DNA of 64,000 bases. Origin: Pseudomonadota bacterium (GTDB taxonomy: Bacteria; Bdellovibrionota_F; JAHFAK01; JBDREC01). Position numbers and translations under genes: made by a program. The stretch lies in NCBI GenBank assembly GCA_043820105.1, contig JBDREC010000004.1, positions 5,682 to 69,681 on the forward strand, in the 5' to 3' direction. This document shows positions 29,039 to 38,835 of the stretch, piece after piece. The first letter of the stretch is position 1; every line of letters begins with the position of its first letter. The notes beneath the pieces were generated by a model. That model worked only from the letters and a program-made list of their open reading frames with translations, was not told the DNA's origin and did not search any database.

Positions 29039-29536
29039 TTGGCTGACTCATTTAAGCAGTGTTCTTTGTCAGATGCAGCGATTATTGTGAGTGTTGTCTT
29101 GAATTCTTCATTAAAAAAAGGTGATATCAGGATAAGGGATATTTTTAATTCTCATAGATGGGTAGCTGGTTTATATGTGCTAGAATTAAACGGTGGTAAG
29201 GTTTTAGAAATATTAAATAAATTAACAGAAGAATATCCAAAACCATCACCACTTTTTCCTCAAGTTTCAGGCATTTCATTTGAGCTAACAAGCAAGAAAG
29301 ATGCAAAAAAGATTTCAAATGTTCAAATTAATAGCCAGGCTCTTATTCTTGATAAAACATATAAAATTGTTATGGACGCAGCATTGCCATCTGTTTTAGT
29401 TGATGAGAGAATTATTGAAAAAGGTGTTGCAAAAGATACATGCAATAAAAAATATATGTGGCAAATTTTTGCAGATTATTTAAAATCACAAGGAGAAACT
29501 GCAAACTTTGAAGACAAGAGGATTCTTATAGATTAA
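29039..29536 (+). CDS. 5'-nucleotidase C-terminal-domain-like protein with no canonical start; frame open from 28916, one frame out of register with the upstream mini-ORF
   Basis: The open frame begins right after the repeat. SKVDLNGEIPFVFFNESSYGNILADSFKQ and GDIRIRDIFNSHRWVAGLYVLELNGGKVLEIL resemble the 5'-nucleotidase C domain (ETNLGNLIADAM; GDITxxDLxxVLPFxNxLxxxELTGxxL). Only a TTG at the position where the track starts the ORF. Confidence 0.45.
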   Translation: MADSFKQCSLSDAAIIVSVVLNSSLKKGDIRIRDIFNSHRWVAGLYVLELNGGKVLEILNKLTEEYPKPSPLFPQVSGISFELTSKKDAKKISNVQINSQALILDKTYKIVMDAALPSVLVDERIIEKGVAKDTCNKKYMWQIFADYLKSQGETANFEDKRILID

Positions 29537-29647
29537 TCTTTATTGTTATCGGTTAATTAGCAGTTTGTTTTGAAATAAAGCTATGTTTTCATTCGGTTTT
29601 GTGTTATAATAATAATAATTTTATTTGTCGATTTTTAAGGGGATAAT

Positions 29648-30145
29648 ATGGATAAAAGAGGATTTAGTCTTGTAGAGTTGATGATAGTAGTTGCTATTAT
29701 TGGGATATTAGCTGCAATCGCAATTCCATCATTTATGAATTACATTAAAAAATCAAAACAATCCGAAATATTAACAATGCTAAATGCAATATATGCTTGC
29801 GAAGCAGACTATAATATTGAGAATCAAAAATTTCACACTACAGGTATAATACCAGCTGGTTCATATAATCCTGCTAATTTAGACGGAAATAGAAAACCTG
29901 GCTCTCAGGTAGAGTTTATGAATGATACAGATGGCTTTGCAATAATTGGTTTTGTGCCTGATCAGGATGTTTTTTCTGCTTTTATTGTCAGTTCAACTGA
30001 TGTAACGACAAGTGCTTTTATTAAAATATATTCAGATTTAGATGATGATGGTACGATTGGACTTCACAGCCAACAAATAAAAAGGGACAAGGATACAGGA
30101 AATGCTTATAAGGTTGTTGAGGCGATTCAAAGTATAGACGATTAG
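29648..30145 (+). CDS. Type IV pilin/pseudopilin-like protein
   Basis: Prepilin leader [27 protein letters not shown] (G-1, F+1, E+5). Single Cys, so no C-terminal disulfide loop. Confidence 0.75.
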   Translation: MDKRGFSLVELMIVVAIIGILAAIAIPSFMNYIKKSKQSEILTMLNAIYACEADYNIENQKFHTTGIIPAGSYNPANLDGNRKPGSQVEFMNDTDGFAIIGFVPDQDVFSAFIVSSTDVTTSAFIKIYSDLDDDGTIGLHSQQIKRDKDTGNAYKVVEAIQSIDD

Positions 30146-30420
30146 AAGTTCACAGATTAATCCTAAACCTGATATCTCTATTCTTTAAATTAACTTCTTT
30201 TATTTCTAAAAAAAGAATCTGAGCAAAAAACATCTCAATTTATTTTAATCAAATTGATTTTTTCGAGTAAGGAAAAGGCATCTAATATATTTACCCAAAG
30301 ATGTGATTTCTCAAGTTGCTGTAATTAAAGTATTTTTATTGGAATGGTTTTTTGAGATATTGGTATATTACTTGCAAAAAGGTAGCTTGAGATATTTTTT
30401 AACAGACACTAGGGGGAACG

Positions 30421-30924
30421 ATGAAACTAAAGCGTAAAGGACTCACCTTATTAGAACTAATGATCGCAGTTGCTATAATTGGCATTATCAGTGCCATAGC
30501 ATCATCATCTTTGATGGGTTTAATCAAAAAATCAAAGAAATCTGAAATAAGCCATATGGTGAATGGTATCTATGTTTGTGAAGCAGATTATAGTATTGAT
30601 TCACAAAAATTCCATATAACATCTGTTGTGCCTGCTGGTTCATTTAATCCAGCAAACCTTGATGGAAATAGGATTCCAGGATCCCAACAAGAGTTCAAAG
30701 AAGACACAGAAGGTTTTGCAATAATAGGATTTGTTCCTGACCAGGATGTTTACTCGGGATTTAAGGTAGATGCTACAGATGTAACAAGTATGGCATATAT
30801 AAAGGTGATGCAAGATCTTGATGATGATGATACTATTGCTGTTTATTCTCAAAGAATAAAAAGAAATAAGGAAACAGGAGATGCATACAAATTTTCCGAC
30901 TTAGTCATAAGCGTTGAAGATTAA
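30421..30924 (+). CDS. Type IV pilin/pseudopilin-like protein, tandem paralog of 29648-30145
   Basis: KGLTLLELMIAVAIIGIISAIA. Shares CEADYxIxxQKFHxT, [13 protein letters not shown] and [13 protein letters not shown] with the upstream paralog. Confidence 0.75.
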   Translation: MKLKRKGLTLLELMIAVAIIGIISAIASSSLMGLIKKSKKSEISHMVNGIYVCEADYSIDSQKFHITSVVPAGSFNPANLDGNRIPGSQQEFKEDTEGFAIIGFVPDQDVYSGFKVDATDVTSMAYIKVMQDLDDDDTIAVYSQRIKRNKETGDAYKFSDLVISVED

Positions 30925-30925
30925 T

Positions 30926-30956
30926 AATTCAAAATTCAAGATTCAAAATTCAAAAT
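30926..30956. repeat. Tandem heptamer array (AATTCAA)x4
   Basis: Directly visible after the pilin stop codon. Inverted partner at 31114-31145. Confidence 0.85.
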
Positions 30957-31035
30957 TATAATATATAACCAAAATTGAACTAATTATCAGAAACTTATAA
31001 ATTATCCTAAAATATTAGTTGTTTATAAAAAATAT

Positions 31036-31064
31036 CTTGACAGAGTATTGCCTGTGTGCTATAG
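31036..31064 (+). promoter_or_regulatory. Candidate sigma70 promoter for the GntR-family gene
   Basis: TTGACA, 17-nt spacer, TATAGG. Confidence 0.4.
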
Positions 31065-31113
31065 GACTAGTGCAATGTTTAAATAGTTAAACGCATAACC
31101 AAATGGCTGAGTG

Positions 31114-31145
31114 ATTTTGAATTTTGAATTTTGAATTTTGAATTA
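31114..31145. repeat. Tandem heptamer array (AATTTTG)x4 in the 5'UTR of the GntR gene
   Basis: Directly visible. Reverse complement of the AATTCAA/TTCAAAA family. Followed by AAGGAGGTGA RBS. Confidence 0.85.
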
Positions 31146-31156
31146 ATTATAAGGAG

Positions 31157-31543
31157 GTGATCAAAATGATCGAATTTAAACTGGATCTAAAAAGCGGGGT
31201 TCCTTTTTACAGGCAAATTCAAGATCAAATTAGATCTGCAATAGCATCATCGCTGCTTCTTCCTGGACAGCAGCTTCCAACTGTTCGAGATATGGCAGTT
31301 AAGCTTGAAATAAATCCTAATACAGTTAGAAAAGCCTATTCTGAGCTTGAAATTATGGGAATCCTCACAACTCAACAAGGAACAGGTACTTTTATTAGTA
31401 ATCAAAAAATTAATATTGATGAAAATGAAAAAAATCGGATGCTCAATCAAATTTGTGATGAGCTAACTTCAAGAGGTCAAAGATTTAATATTACTTTAGA
31501 GGAAATTATTAATCATCTAAATGGGAGGATTAAAAATGGATAA
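31157..31543 (+). CDS. GntR-family (YtrA-like, short) transcriptional regulator
   Basis: Winged HTH PTVRDMAVKLEINPNTVRKAYSELEIMGIL. 128 aa with no effector domain. Confidence 0.7.
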   Translation: MIKMIEFKLDLKSGVPFYRQIQDQIRSAIASSLLLPGQQLPTVRDMAVKLEINPNTVRKAYSELEIMGILTTQQGTGTFISNQKINIDENEKNRMLNQICDELTSRGQRFNITLEEIINHLNGRIKNG

Positions 31544-32465
31544 TAACATTTCAAAAATTAAAGAACCTAATAAGCCATTTACTTTTACAAATTGGCTTGC
31601 AGTTTTTGTAACAATTATTGTTTTAGCAATCGGTTATTTTATTAATAATGTTTTAGCTCAAGATGGCTATTATACAAACTCCCTTGTTATGGCAATAACC
31701 TTAATATTAGGAGCCTTAACTTTAACTTCAATTAAGATTATAGCTGAATGGGATAGGTTTGTGATTTTGAGATTTGGGAAGTTTCAAAAAATTGCTAATC
31801 CTGGAATTTGTTTAATTATACCAATTGTTGATAAGGTAGCTAAAGTTGTTGATATGAGAACAAGAGTGACTGACTTTAGCTCAGAATCAACTTTAACAAA
31901 AGATACAGTTCCAGTTAATGTTGATGCAATTTGCTTTTGGCTTGTATGGGATGCTAAAAAGGCAATTCTAGAAGTTGAAAAATATTATCAGGCTATTATT
32001 TTATCAGCACAGACTGCGCTAAGAGATATTATCGGAACTCATGAGCTGGCTGAAATATTAACTCACAGGGTTGCTCTTGGAAATAAACTCAAAGAAGTTC
32101 TTGATGAAAAAACAAATCCATGGGGAATAACAGTTCAGTCAGTTGAAATTCGTGACATTATTATTCCTAAAGATCTAGAAGATGCTATGAGTAAACAAGC
32201 TCAAGCTGAACGTGAAAGACAGGCAAGGATTATCTTGGGAACAGCTGAAACAGAGATTGCTGAAAAGTTTGCTCAGGCTGCAAAGTTGTATGAAAAATCA
32301 CCAGAAGCAATGCATCTTCGAGGAATGAATATGTTGTTTGAAGGTTTGAAAGAAAAAGGATCAATGGTAATTGTTCCAAGTTCAGCTTTAGAGACAATGA
32401 ATTTAGGTGCTATGGCAGGACTTGCTTCTTTAAGTAAAAATCAAATTACTGAAAAATCAGATTAG
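31536..32465 (+). CDS. SPFH/band-7 (stomatin/slipin-like) membrane protein
   Basis: N-terminal TM. FVILRFGKFQKIANPGICLIIPIVDKV...VPVNVDAICFWLV is an SPFH signature. ATG 31536 with GGGAGG RBS preferred. Overlaps the GntR gene. Confidence 0.75.
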   Translation: MDNNISKIKEPNKPFTFTNWLAVFVTIIVLAIGYFINNVLAQDGYYTNSLVMAITLILGALTLTSIKIIAEWDRFVILRFGKFQKIANPGICLIIPIVDKVAKVVDMRTRVTDFSSESTLTKDTVPVNVDAICFWLVWDAKKAILEVEKYYQAIILSAQTALRDIIGTHELAEILTHRVALGNKLKEVLDEKTNPWGITVQSVEIRDIIIPKDLEDAMSKQAQAERERQARIILGTAETEIAEKFAQAAKLYEKSPEAMHLRGMNMLFEGLKEKGSMVIVPSSALETMNLGAMAGLASLSKNQITEKSD

Positions 32466-32469
32466 GATT

Positions 32470-34056
32470 TTATCGATATAATTCAGGATAGAGTTCTTCA
32501 TGAAGTAGCATTTGCTGGGTTGTATTAATAAGCTCATATTGGTATTTTGTAATATTGGTTTGATATAGTTCATTACTATTTGGAAAATATTTTTTGCCTT
32601 CACGTAAATATTGATCAGACTTTTCAAAATCTTTTTGTTTTGCAAAGAGCAAAACAAGGCCTGTGTAAGCAATTTCCGTTCTTTCGATTTCTAGCGATTT
32701 TTGAAAAGCGTCTTCAGCTAGATCATAGTCTGCTGTGCATGTTAAGGCAAAGCCAAGGTTATAATAAGAACTTGCTGTTTTTTTAATTTCAAGAGCTTTT
32801 TCATATTCTTTTACAGCAGTCATGCAATAATTTCTGGCTAGCAACATGCTACCATAACTTTCATGAAGAGTTGAGTTCTCTGGTTCTAGTTTTATTGCCT
32901 TTTTATATAGATCATCACTTAGCTCCCATTCTTCTACTTGGTAACAAATGCTTGCAAAAACGAAAAGAAAGGAAATATCGTTAGTACTTTCAGGTAATAA
33001 ATCATAAACTTTTTTTAAATAAAAAAAGGCGTCATCAAGTTCTCCAAGAGTAAAGAGTGTTAAACCCATTAAATAAAGAGCTTCTATGAAATCAAAACCC
33101 ATTTCTTTGGCTTCAGCTACAATCTCACCTACTATTGATATAAGGTCTCTGCTAATAAACCCTCCTTCACTCAATGATGACATGAAAAACTTTCCCCAAA
33201 TAGTATCTGAAAATTCAGTTTTGAAGTCTAGGATGCTTTTATTTACACTGCTTCTTGATAAGCCATCAGAGATACTTATGTCTTCTAATAATTCTCTTAT
33301 ACTAACACTGGAGGTGTTATGTGACTTTTGAACTAAACTATTTGCTAACATTCCAACGACTTTTCCCTGCTTGTTTATTAAGGGACTTCCATAGCATCCT
33401 TGAGGCGCAAGAATATTGGTAATAATTTGGGGGTAAGTTGAACTAAGTGGAGTTTTGCTTACTAATACAACTTTAGCGAAATTAATTTTTCTATATGGTG
33501 CACAAACTAATATAAGATCCTCTCCTTTTAAGGGCAAGTCATCAGAAATTTCCAAATAGTTTGTATCATTAATTTCTTCACCATTTATTTTTACTTCTAA
33601 AGTAGCTACATTTGATTCTTCTTTTATTGCTAAAACTTTAATGACTTCATATGTGGCATTTATTAGTGATGTATCAAAAAAGGAATTACTTGCTTTATTT
33701 TCATAAAATTCTAGTTCAAAGTCTTCATTCGAAAATACATCATATGGTGGTATTAATGCAGAAGTTTCATTATAGGTAGATATTTTCATGTTATGAGATC
33801 CTGAAAACAATAAATTAGACAAAGGAAGTACAATTTGATTTTTGCTTATAAAAAAACCAGTTGCTTCCAAAATCCCTTGTCCATTGTAATATGGTATTTC
33901 AATTTTTACAAGAGTCCTTGAGGTTTGATTTATAAGCTCATCCCAGTTGGTTAGATTTGAATTTTCAAAAGAATAAGAAAAAAGACTAGAAAAGGTAAAG
34001 AAAAATAAGAAAAAGAGTTTTATAAATAAATCTTTAGATATGAGTTTTTGCTTCAT
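32470..34056 (-). CDS. Secreted trypsin-like serine peptidase domain fused to C-terminal TPR repeats
   Basis: Signal peptide. Trypsin_2-like region (GCYGSPLINKQGKVVGM). C-terminal repeated W/Y-LG-Y-A-P helical TPR units. Confidence 0.5.
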   Translation of the reverse strand: MKQKLISKDLFIKLFFLFFFTFSSLFSYSFENSNLTNWDELINQTSRTLVKIEIPYYNGQGILEATGFFISKNQIVLPLSNLLFSGSHNMKISTYNETSALIPPYDVFSNEDFELEFYENKASNSFFDTSLINATYEVIKVLAIKEESNVATLEVKINGEEINDTNYLEISDDLPLKGEDLILVCAPYRKINFAKVVLVSKTPLSSTYPQIITNILAPQGCYGSPLINKQGKVVGMLANSLVQKSHNTSSVSIRELLEDISISDGLSRSSVNKSILDFKTEFSDTIWGKFFMSSLSEGGFISRDLISIVGEIVAEAKEMGFDFIEALYLMGLTLFTLGELDDAFFYLKKVYDLLPESTNDISFLFVFASICYQVEEWELSDDLYKKAIKLEPENSTLHESYGSMLLARNYCMTAVKEYEKALEIKKTASSYYNLGFALTCTADYDLAEDAFQKSLEIERTEIAYTGLVLLFAKQKDFEKSDQYLREGKKYFPNSNELYQTNITKYQYELINTTQQMLLHEELYPELYR

Positions 34057-34281
34057 AAGATACCCCTTAATTTTAATAAGTTTTTAGCCCTTAACATGTG
34101 TGGCGCAACATGTCAAGAAAAGAGGTGGTCTGCGACATTGGGTTCGCTTTTTAAACAAGATAATGTTTTTAAGCTTATGAAATATAAAGAGTTTGAATTG
34201 TTGTTGAATGGCATATTATTTGCATCTTAATTGACCAACAAAAATTTATTTATGTATATTAAACTTTCTGGGGCGGCAATT

Positions 34282-37200
34282 ATGAACAAAACCTTTGTTT
34301 TGATTTTACTTGCATTATTTCTAAATTCATCCTTTGCTTTTACAAATGAATGTATTGATGTCTTTGGGAACAAGCAAAGACAAGCTGATCAAACCACTTC
34401 CTATGCAGAGAAAAAACAGGAAATACCCAACACTTCTAGGCCTTCACAAAATAGTTCAGAACATTTTGTGTCTTTTGTTTCAATTGGACAAATTCAAATG
34501 TACTCAAAATATGTTGCAGGCTTACATGAAATGCATATTTTATTTCAAAATATGACTGAGCTTGTTTTTCATGTTGAAATGCAAGGAGGCCGAGATAAAA
34601 GAAAACTAGTTGTAGCAAATAATGCACACGCATATATTAAGGATTTAGTAAGTGGACAAATTATTAGTGAGGTAAGTGCTGCGAATATTGAAAATAGCGC
34701 GACTTCCATTTACTTTAATCACAGGAATCAAAACCTGTTTCAACTTTCTTTCTCTTTTCATGAAAGAGAAGAACATGATGCAAGACCACCAAGAATAAGT
34801 TTAAACAATAATCAAAATAGTGAAATAAATTATCCAACATTATATCAACATATAAATACATTGGGTCAAGCAAATGGGTCAAGTTTTGGTGATGTGAAAA
34901 TATTAGATATTGAATTTTTAAGAGATAAAAGAAATAGGACTAGGCAATCTTATGTGTGTGAGTATAGGCTTTTGCTTTCAAATGGTGATACAATTGTATT
35001 TAAAGTAGACACTGGTCATCATGGTAAAGGTAATTATACTACAGCTGGGCTTGATGCATATTTGCATCGTTTCGCAGATGGAAATATTATTAAATTAATT
35101 CTAAGTGGATCTGGCAATTTGATTCCAGGTAAAATTAGAATCAATGGACAAGGCTATGATATTCATTTAACTATAGGCTCTCATGAGCAAGAAGTTGTTA
35201 AGGCCCACCCTGATATTGAGACATCTATTATTAGAGAAGCACCATCTCGCCCTAGAAAAAACATTGAAGATTTAAAAAGCCTCGAAAATACAATTCCTCC
35301 AGACAAAAGGTTAATCGAAAAAAAAGCTTTGGCAACTCAAACCTTAACAATTGAAGATGATACTGAAGCCGAATCTAAGGGCTTTGATTCTTTATTATCA
35401 GATTATCCTATTGTGTCTCGAGGAATTTATCCAGATGCAACATCAGCTGATACAATTACATCCTTGGGAAAGATAAGGGGCTCAATAACCTCAAGAACCA
35501 CTAAGTTTACAAGCTTAGTGGCACGTCAACTTTTTAGTGCTGCAAATATTCCAGATAAAGTTGCAATTACTTTAATTGTTGATGTGCATGGAAGTAAGAA
35601 GCATGAGGTGGTGATTAAGACAGAAGAAGGTTGCAATGAACTGATAATCAGAGAGTTTTCTTATTTGCAGCCAATTAAGGATAATGGTCAAATTGTGGGA
35701 TTTAGAAGGATTAGAAAAGAAAATATTATTGCAACATTTGTTAAAAGAGAAGATCATTGGTCTATAATCATTGAAGACATTGAGTTGCGATCTTTTAAGG
35801 CTGAATTTTCAAGGCAAAGCCAAGCAGTTTTTGGCTTTGTTATAGTTTCAAGAAATGAGAATGCACTTAATGCCTCTGAAAAACAAGGATTAAGAAAAAA
35901 TTTTCAAGAAAGACTTAGGCGTTTTGGATATAAAAAGGAAATTGATAAAGAAGAGAAAAAATCGATTCAAAAAAAAGCTCCCAAAGAAGCCATTGAAAAT
36001 GAAATTCGACTGGTTCAAGATACTCTTCAGATTACCTTAGATCAAGGTGCTAAAGAACAAGGTCACCAAGACGAAGGAGAGGCAAAAAGACAAGAAACCT
36101 CAAAAGAGGAAGAAAGAGAAGTTTTACAAGCCGAAGATTCAAGTGAATTTGAGAACCTATCAAGTGAATCAGTGAATAGTGATATGCAAGCAGGCTTTCC
36201 GGAAAACAAAATATTAACCGCTGATCCAGAAGATTGGCTTTTGGGGAGAGCCATATTAAATGCTAAACCTGATCAGTCAATTCCTGTAACCTTGAAATAT
36301 AGATCTGAAACTACAAATGCTGATGTGGTTTTTGTTACATTGAATGTAACGGCTGTAAACCAAAGAGATGTTGGTGATCGCCTTGTGCTTGAAGAAGGTA
36401 TAGTTGAAGTTTTTTATAATGATGAGTTAATAGAAGCAGAAGTGCTTAACCTTTCAGGTTCAAAAGTAATTGGTCTTTATTATTTACACTTAATCAAGGC
36501 CAATAGATATTATCCAATTCTATTTGCAAACTGGGGAAGCAGTGCAGATAATCAAGAATTTTTCATTTCCACCAAGCATGATGGATATCGAGACTTAGTT
36601 ACTATGTTAAATGATAGAATATTATATCCATCGGATATTCTAAAAATTTTTACTGATAGTTTAGAGCATAGAAGATTATTGGCGTATAGATATTTTCAAA
36701 GTTATGGTGGGCCTTTTATGTATTTATATGAATATGATGTTAAAGATATGTCTGGTTTAGATTTTTTAGGTGGAAGTGATTTTCTTGGTTTTAGATTCCC
36801 AAATGGTGAAATAATAGAAGCTAAAGTAAAAAAAGAAGATGCTTCAGGTTTTGCTTTTGATATTAAATATCAAAGTGGCTCACATAATTATTTTGATGTT
36901 GAATTAAGAATAAAGCCAAAAGATTCCAATTCCTTTTATTACATTACACACACATGTTTAGCTTATAGATTTTCACATTATGAAGTTCTAGCCTTATCTT
37001 TATTAAATGTTGCCTTTATAATAAATAAAAATACTGGCGAAATGCATCTTTTACCCTTAAAGCCACCAGGCAAAAAACCTCTTTATAAATCTTCTTCCTT
37101 TAGAGGGTTTCTAAGAAAATTGCCAAAAGCACTTGCAAGTTATGAAATTGATGAATCAGAGTTTGAACACCTTAATAATGGTTCATCAAAAGAAAATAAC

Positions 37201-38757
37201 TCTAGAAAAGAGCCTTCACAGGTTCAGGTAGATGTAGTGGAAGAAAATATACCTTCTTCTTCAATAGCTTCTGAACCAATGGAGGGTACTGGAATAATTG
37301 CAAGACTAGGAAGAATGTTAAGAAAAATTAATATTCCCAAAAAGTTTTCAAAGAAAAAAGATGCCCCTGATGAAGAAAGGCAAGGATCATCTGAAGAAGA
37401 AACTGATGAACAAAGAGAAAATAGATTTGTTAATGTAGCCAGAGTTTTTGATTCTGGTGCTACCACTGAGGATATTGTTGGATCAGGAGAAAGCTTAATT
37501 AATGATACTCTTGAACTATGCAAAAGGGCAAGGCTTGCTGATGTTTCCATCGCTGATCAAATCGATATTAAAAGGCCCTTGGAAATAGATTTTGAAAAGA
37601 TAAATTTTGAAACATTCGCAGCCCTTATGGATAAAGGATATGTTCATCTAGAACAGGACTATTTTCATTTTGAAACTATGATGATGGCAGATTTAAACAA
37701 AGAACTTATTATAAATAGTAGAATAACAATTGGCCCTTTAGAATTATTTTTAACAGGATACATTGATAAAGCTAGTTCAAAAATTAAGTGGGATGATATG
37801 CTAACACAGGGTTCTTTTAAAGGAAATTCTGTTGTTGTTACAACATTACCTGGCTGGGAAAAGACTTTTCCTTTATTGGTAATTGATCCAAGGTCTTTGA
37901 CTAGATTAGATCTTTATTTGACTGTAACACAAGATGGCTTAGTTGTGTATTCTGCAAGAAAATATGTTAGATATGGAAAAAAAGCTCAGCCAGATTATGG
38001 TTTAGACGATCCCAGGAAAATGCTAAGTGATCTGGAAATAAACAAGGACATTGGTATGCTTTTTTCAAACACAAATGTAGAGGGAATGGATTTTATTTTT
38101 TCTGAAGTTGCTCAGACAAATCAACTTTCGACTGGTGAAACTTTTGCACAAGAAGGATATCAGGGCTTTGTAATTAAACCAGGTACTGCTATAAGATTTC
38201 CTTTGCTATATAAGCGAAATAAATGGGTTTTTGATCAAGAGAATTTCCATGTTAGTTTTCTTGGATCTTTTGGTGTCCATTATCTTACAGGAACAAATAA
38301 TGTTCATTTAAGAAGATATGGAAATATTGAAGTTGTAAGGATTCCGAGTCTTAGTATTGCAGTAATTCTTGATCCAAAGACATCTTATTTGCACCCTGTA
38401 CCACTGAGCTATGTTGATATTAAAGCAAAAAAACGAAATAAACGAATTGAGCAGTATCTTGCAGATAATCAAGATAGGATTATTCCCTGGCCAGAGCTTG
38501 GCGAACTTGATGTAACATTATTTTTAAGATTAAAAGTTATAGATATTGTAGATAACATGCAAATACCGGCTAATGAAAGTGAAGCTTTTTGGGCTGGTTA
38601 TGAAAAGCTATTGACACCTCCAATTAACTTTTCAAAGGAAGAATTTATTGCTGCCATGACTAGGATTATTGATTGTGCGGATGCCAACGGTAGGGCTGAA
38701 TTTGAAGAAGTGAGACAAGTTCTTGAAGAAGTTTTGCTAAGACTGGGTTTAATTTAA
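34282..38757 (+). CDS. Giant secreted protein (about 1490 aa) with no recognised domains
   Basis: Signal peptide MNKTFVLILLALFLNSSFAF. Long charged linker (KEEEREVLQAEDSSEFEN). The track start at 34231 is TTG; ATG 34282 is chosen. Confidence 0.55.
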   Translation: MNKTFVLILLALFLNSSFAFTNECIDVFGNKQRQADQTTSYAEKKQEIPNTSRPSQNSSEHFVSFVSIGQIQMYSKYVAGLHEMHILFQNMTELVFHVEMQGGRDKRKLVVANNAHAYIKDLVSGQIISEVSAANIENSATSIYFNHRNQNLFQLSFSFHEREEHDARPPRISLNNNQNSEINYPTLYQHINTLGQANGSSFGDVKILDIEFLRDKRNRTRQSYVCEYRLLLSNGDTIVFKVDTGHHGKGNYTTAGLDAYLHRFADGNIIKLILSGSGNLIPGKIRINGQGYDIHLTIGSHEQEVVKAHPDIETSIIREAPSRPRKNIEDLKSLENTIPPDKRLIEKKALATQTLTIEDDTEAESKGFDSLLSDYPIVSRGIYPDATSADTITSLGKIRGSITSRTTKFTSLVARQLFSAANIPDKVAITLIVDVHGSKKHEVVIKTEEGCNELIIREFSYLQPIKDNGQIVGFRRIRKENIIATFVKREDHWSIIIEDIELRSFKAEFSRQSQAVFGFVIVSRNENALNASEKQGLRKNFQERLRRFGYKKEIDKEEKKSIQKKAPKEAIENEIRLVQDTLQITLDQGAKEQGHQDEGEAKRQETSKEEEREVLQAEDSSEFENLSSESVNSDMQAGFPENKILTADPEDWLLGRAILNAKPDQSIPVTLKYRSETTNADVVFVTLNVTAVNQRDVGDRLVLEEGIVEVFYNDELIEAEVLNLSGSKVIGLYYLHLIKANRYYPILFANWGSSADNQEFFISTKHDGYRDLVTMLNDRILYPSDILKIFTDSLEHRRLLAYRYFQSYGGPFMYLYEYDVKDMSGLDFLGGSDFLGFRFPNGEIIEAKVKKEDASGFAFDIKYQSGSHNYFDVELRIKPKDSNSFYYITHTCLAYRFSHYEVLALSLLNVAFIINKNTGEMHLLPLKPPGKKPLYKSSSFRGFLRKLPKALASYEIDESEFEHLNNGSSKENNSRKEPSQVQVDVVEENIPSSSIASEPMEGTGIIARLGRMLRKINIPKKFSKKKDAPDEERQGSSEEETDEQRENRFVNVARVFDSGATTEDIVGSGESLINDTLELCKRARLADVSIADQIDIKRPLEIDFEKINFETFAALMDKGYVHLEQDYFHFETMMMADLNKELIINSRITIGPLELFLTGYIDKASSKIKWDDMLTQGSFKGNSVVVTTLPGWEKTFPLLVIDPRSLTRLDLYLTVTQDGLVVYSARKYVRYGKKAQPDYGLDDPRKMLSDLEINKDIGMLFSNTNVEGMDFIFSEVAQTNQLSTGETFAQEGYQGFVIKPGTAIRFPLLYKRNKWVFDQENFHVSFLGSFGVHYLTGTNNVHLRRYGNIEVVRIPSLSIAVILDPKTSYLHPVPLSYVDIKAKKRNKRIEQYLADNQDRIIPWPELGELDVTLFLRLKVIDIVDNMQIPANESEAFWAGYEKLLTPPINFSKEEFIAAMTRIIDCADANGRAEFEEVRQVLEEVLLRLGLI

Positions 38758-38835
38758 ATCTTAAAGAATAGTTGTTTTTCAAATAATTTTAATTTATATT
38801 TTTTTTATTATTTCTATTAATTTTTAGGCATATTC

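Noticed and set aside
34048-34230. 60-aa ORF between the serine protease start and the giant gene.
   Set aside because: No RBS and no recognisable motif. It occupies the divergent or upstream promoter region. Treated as spurious.
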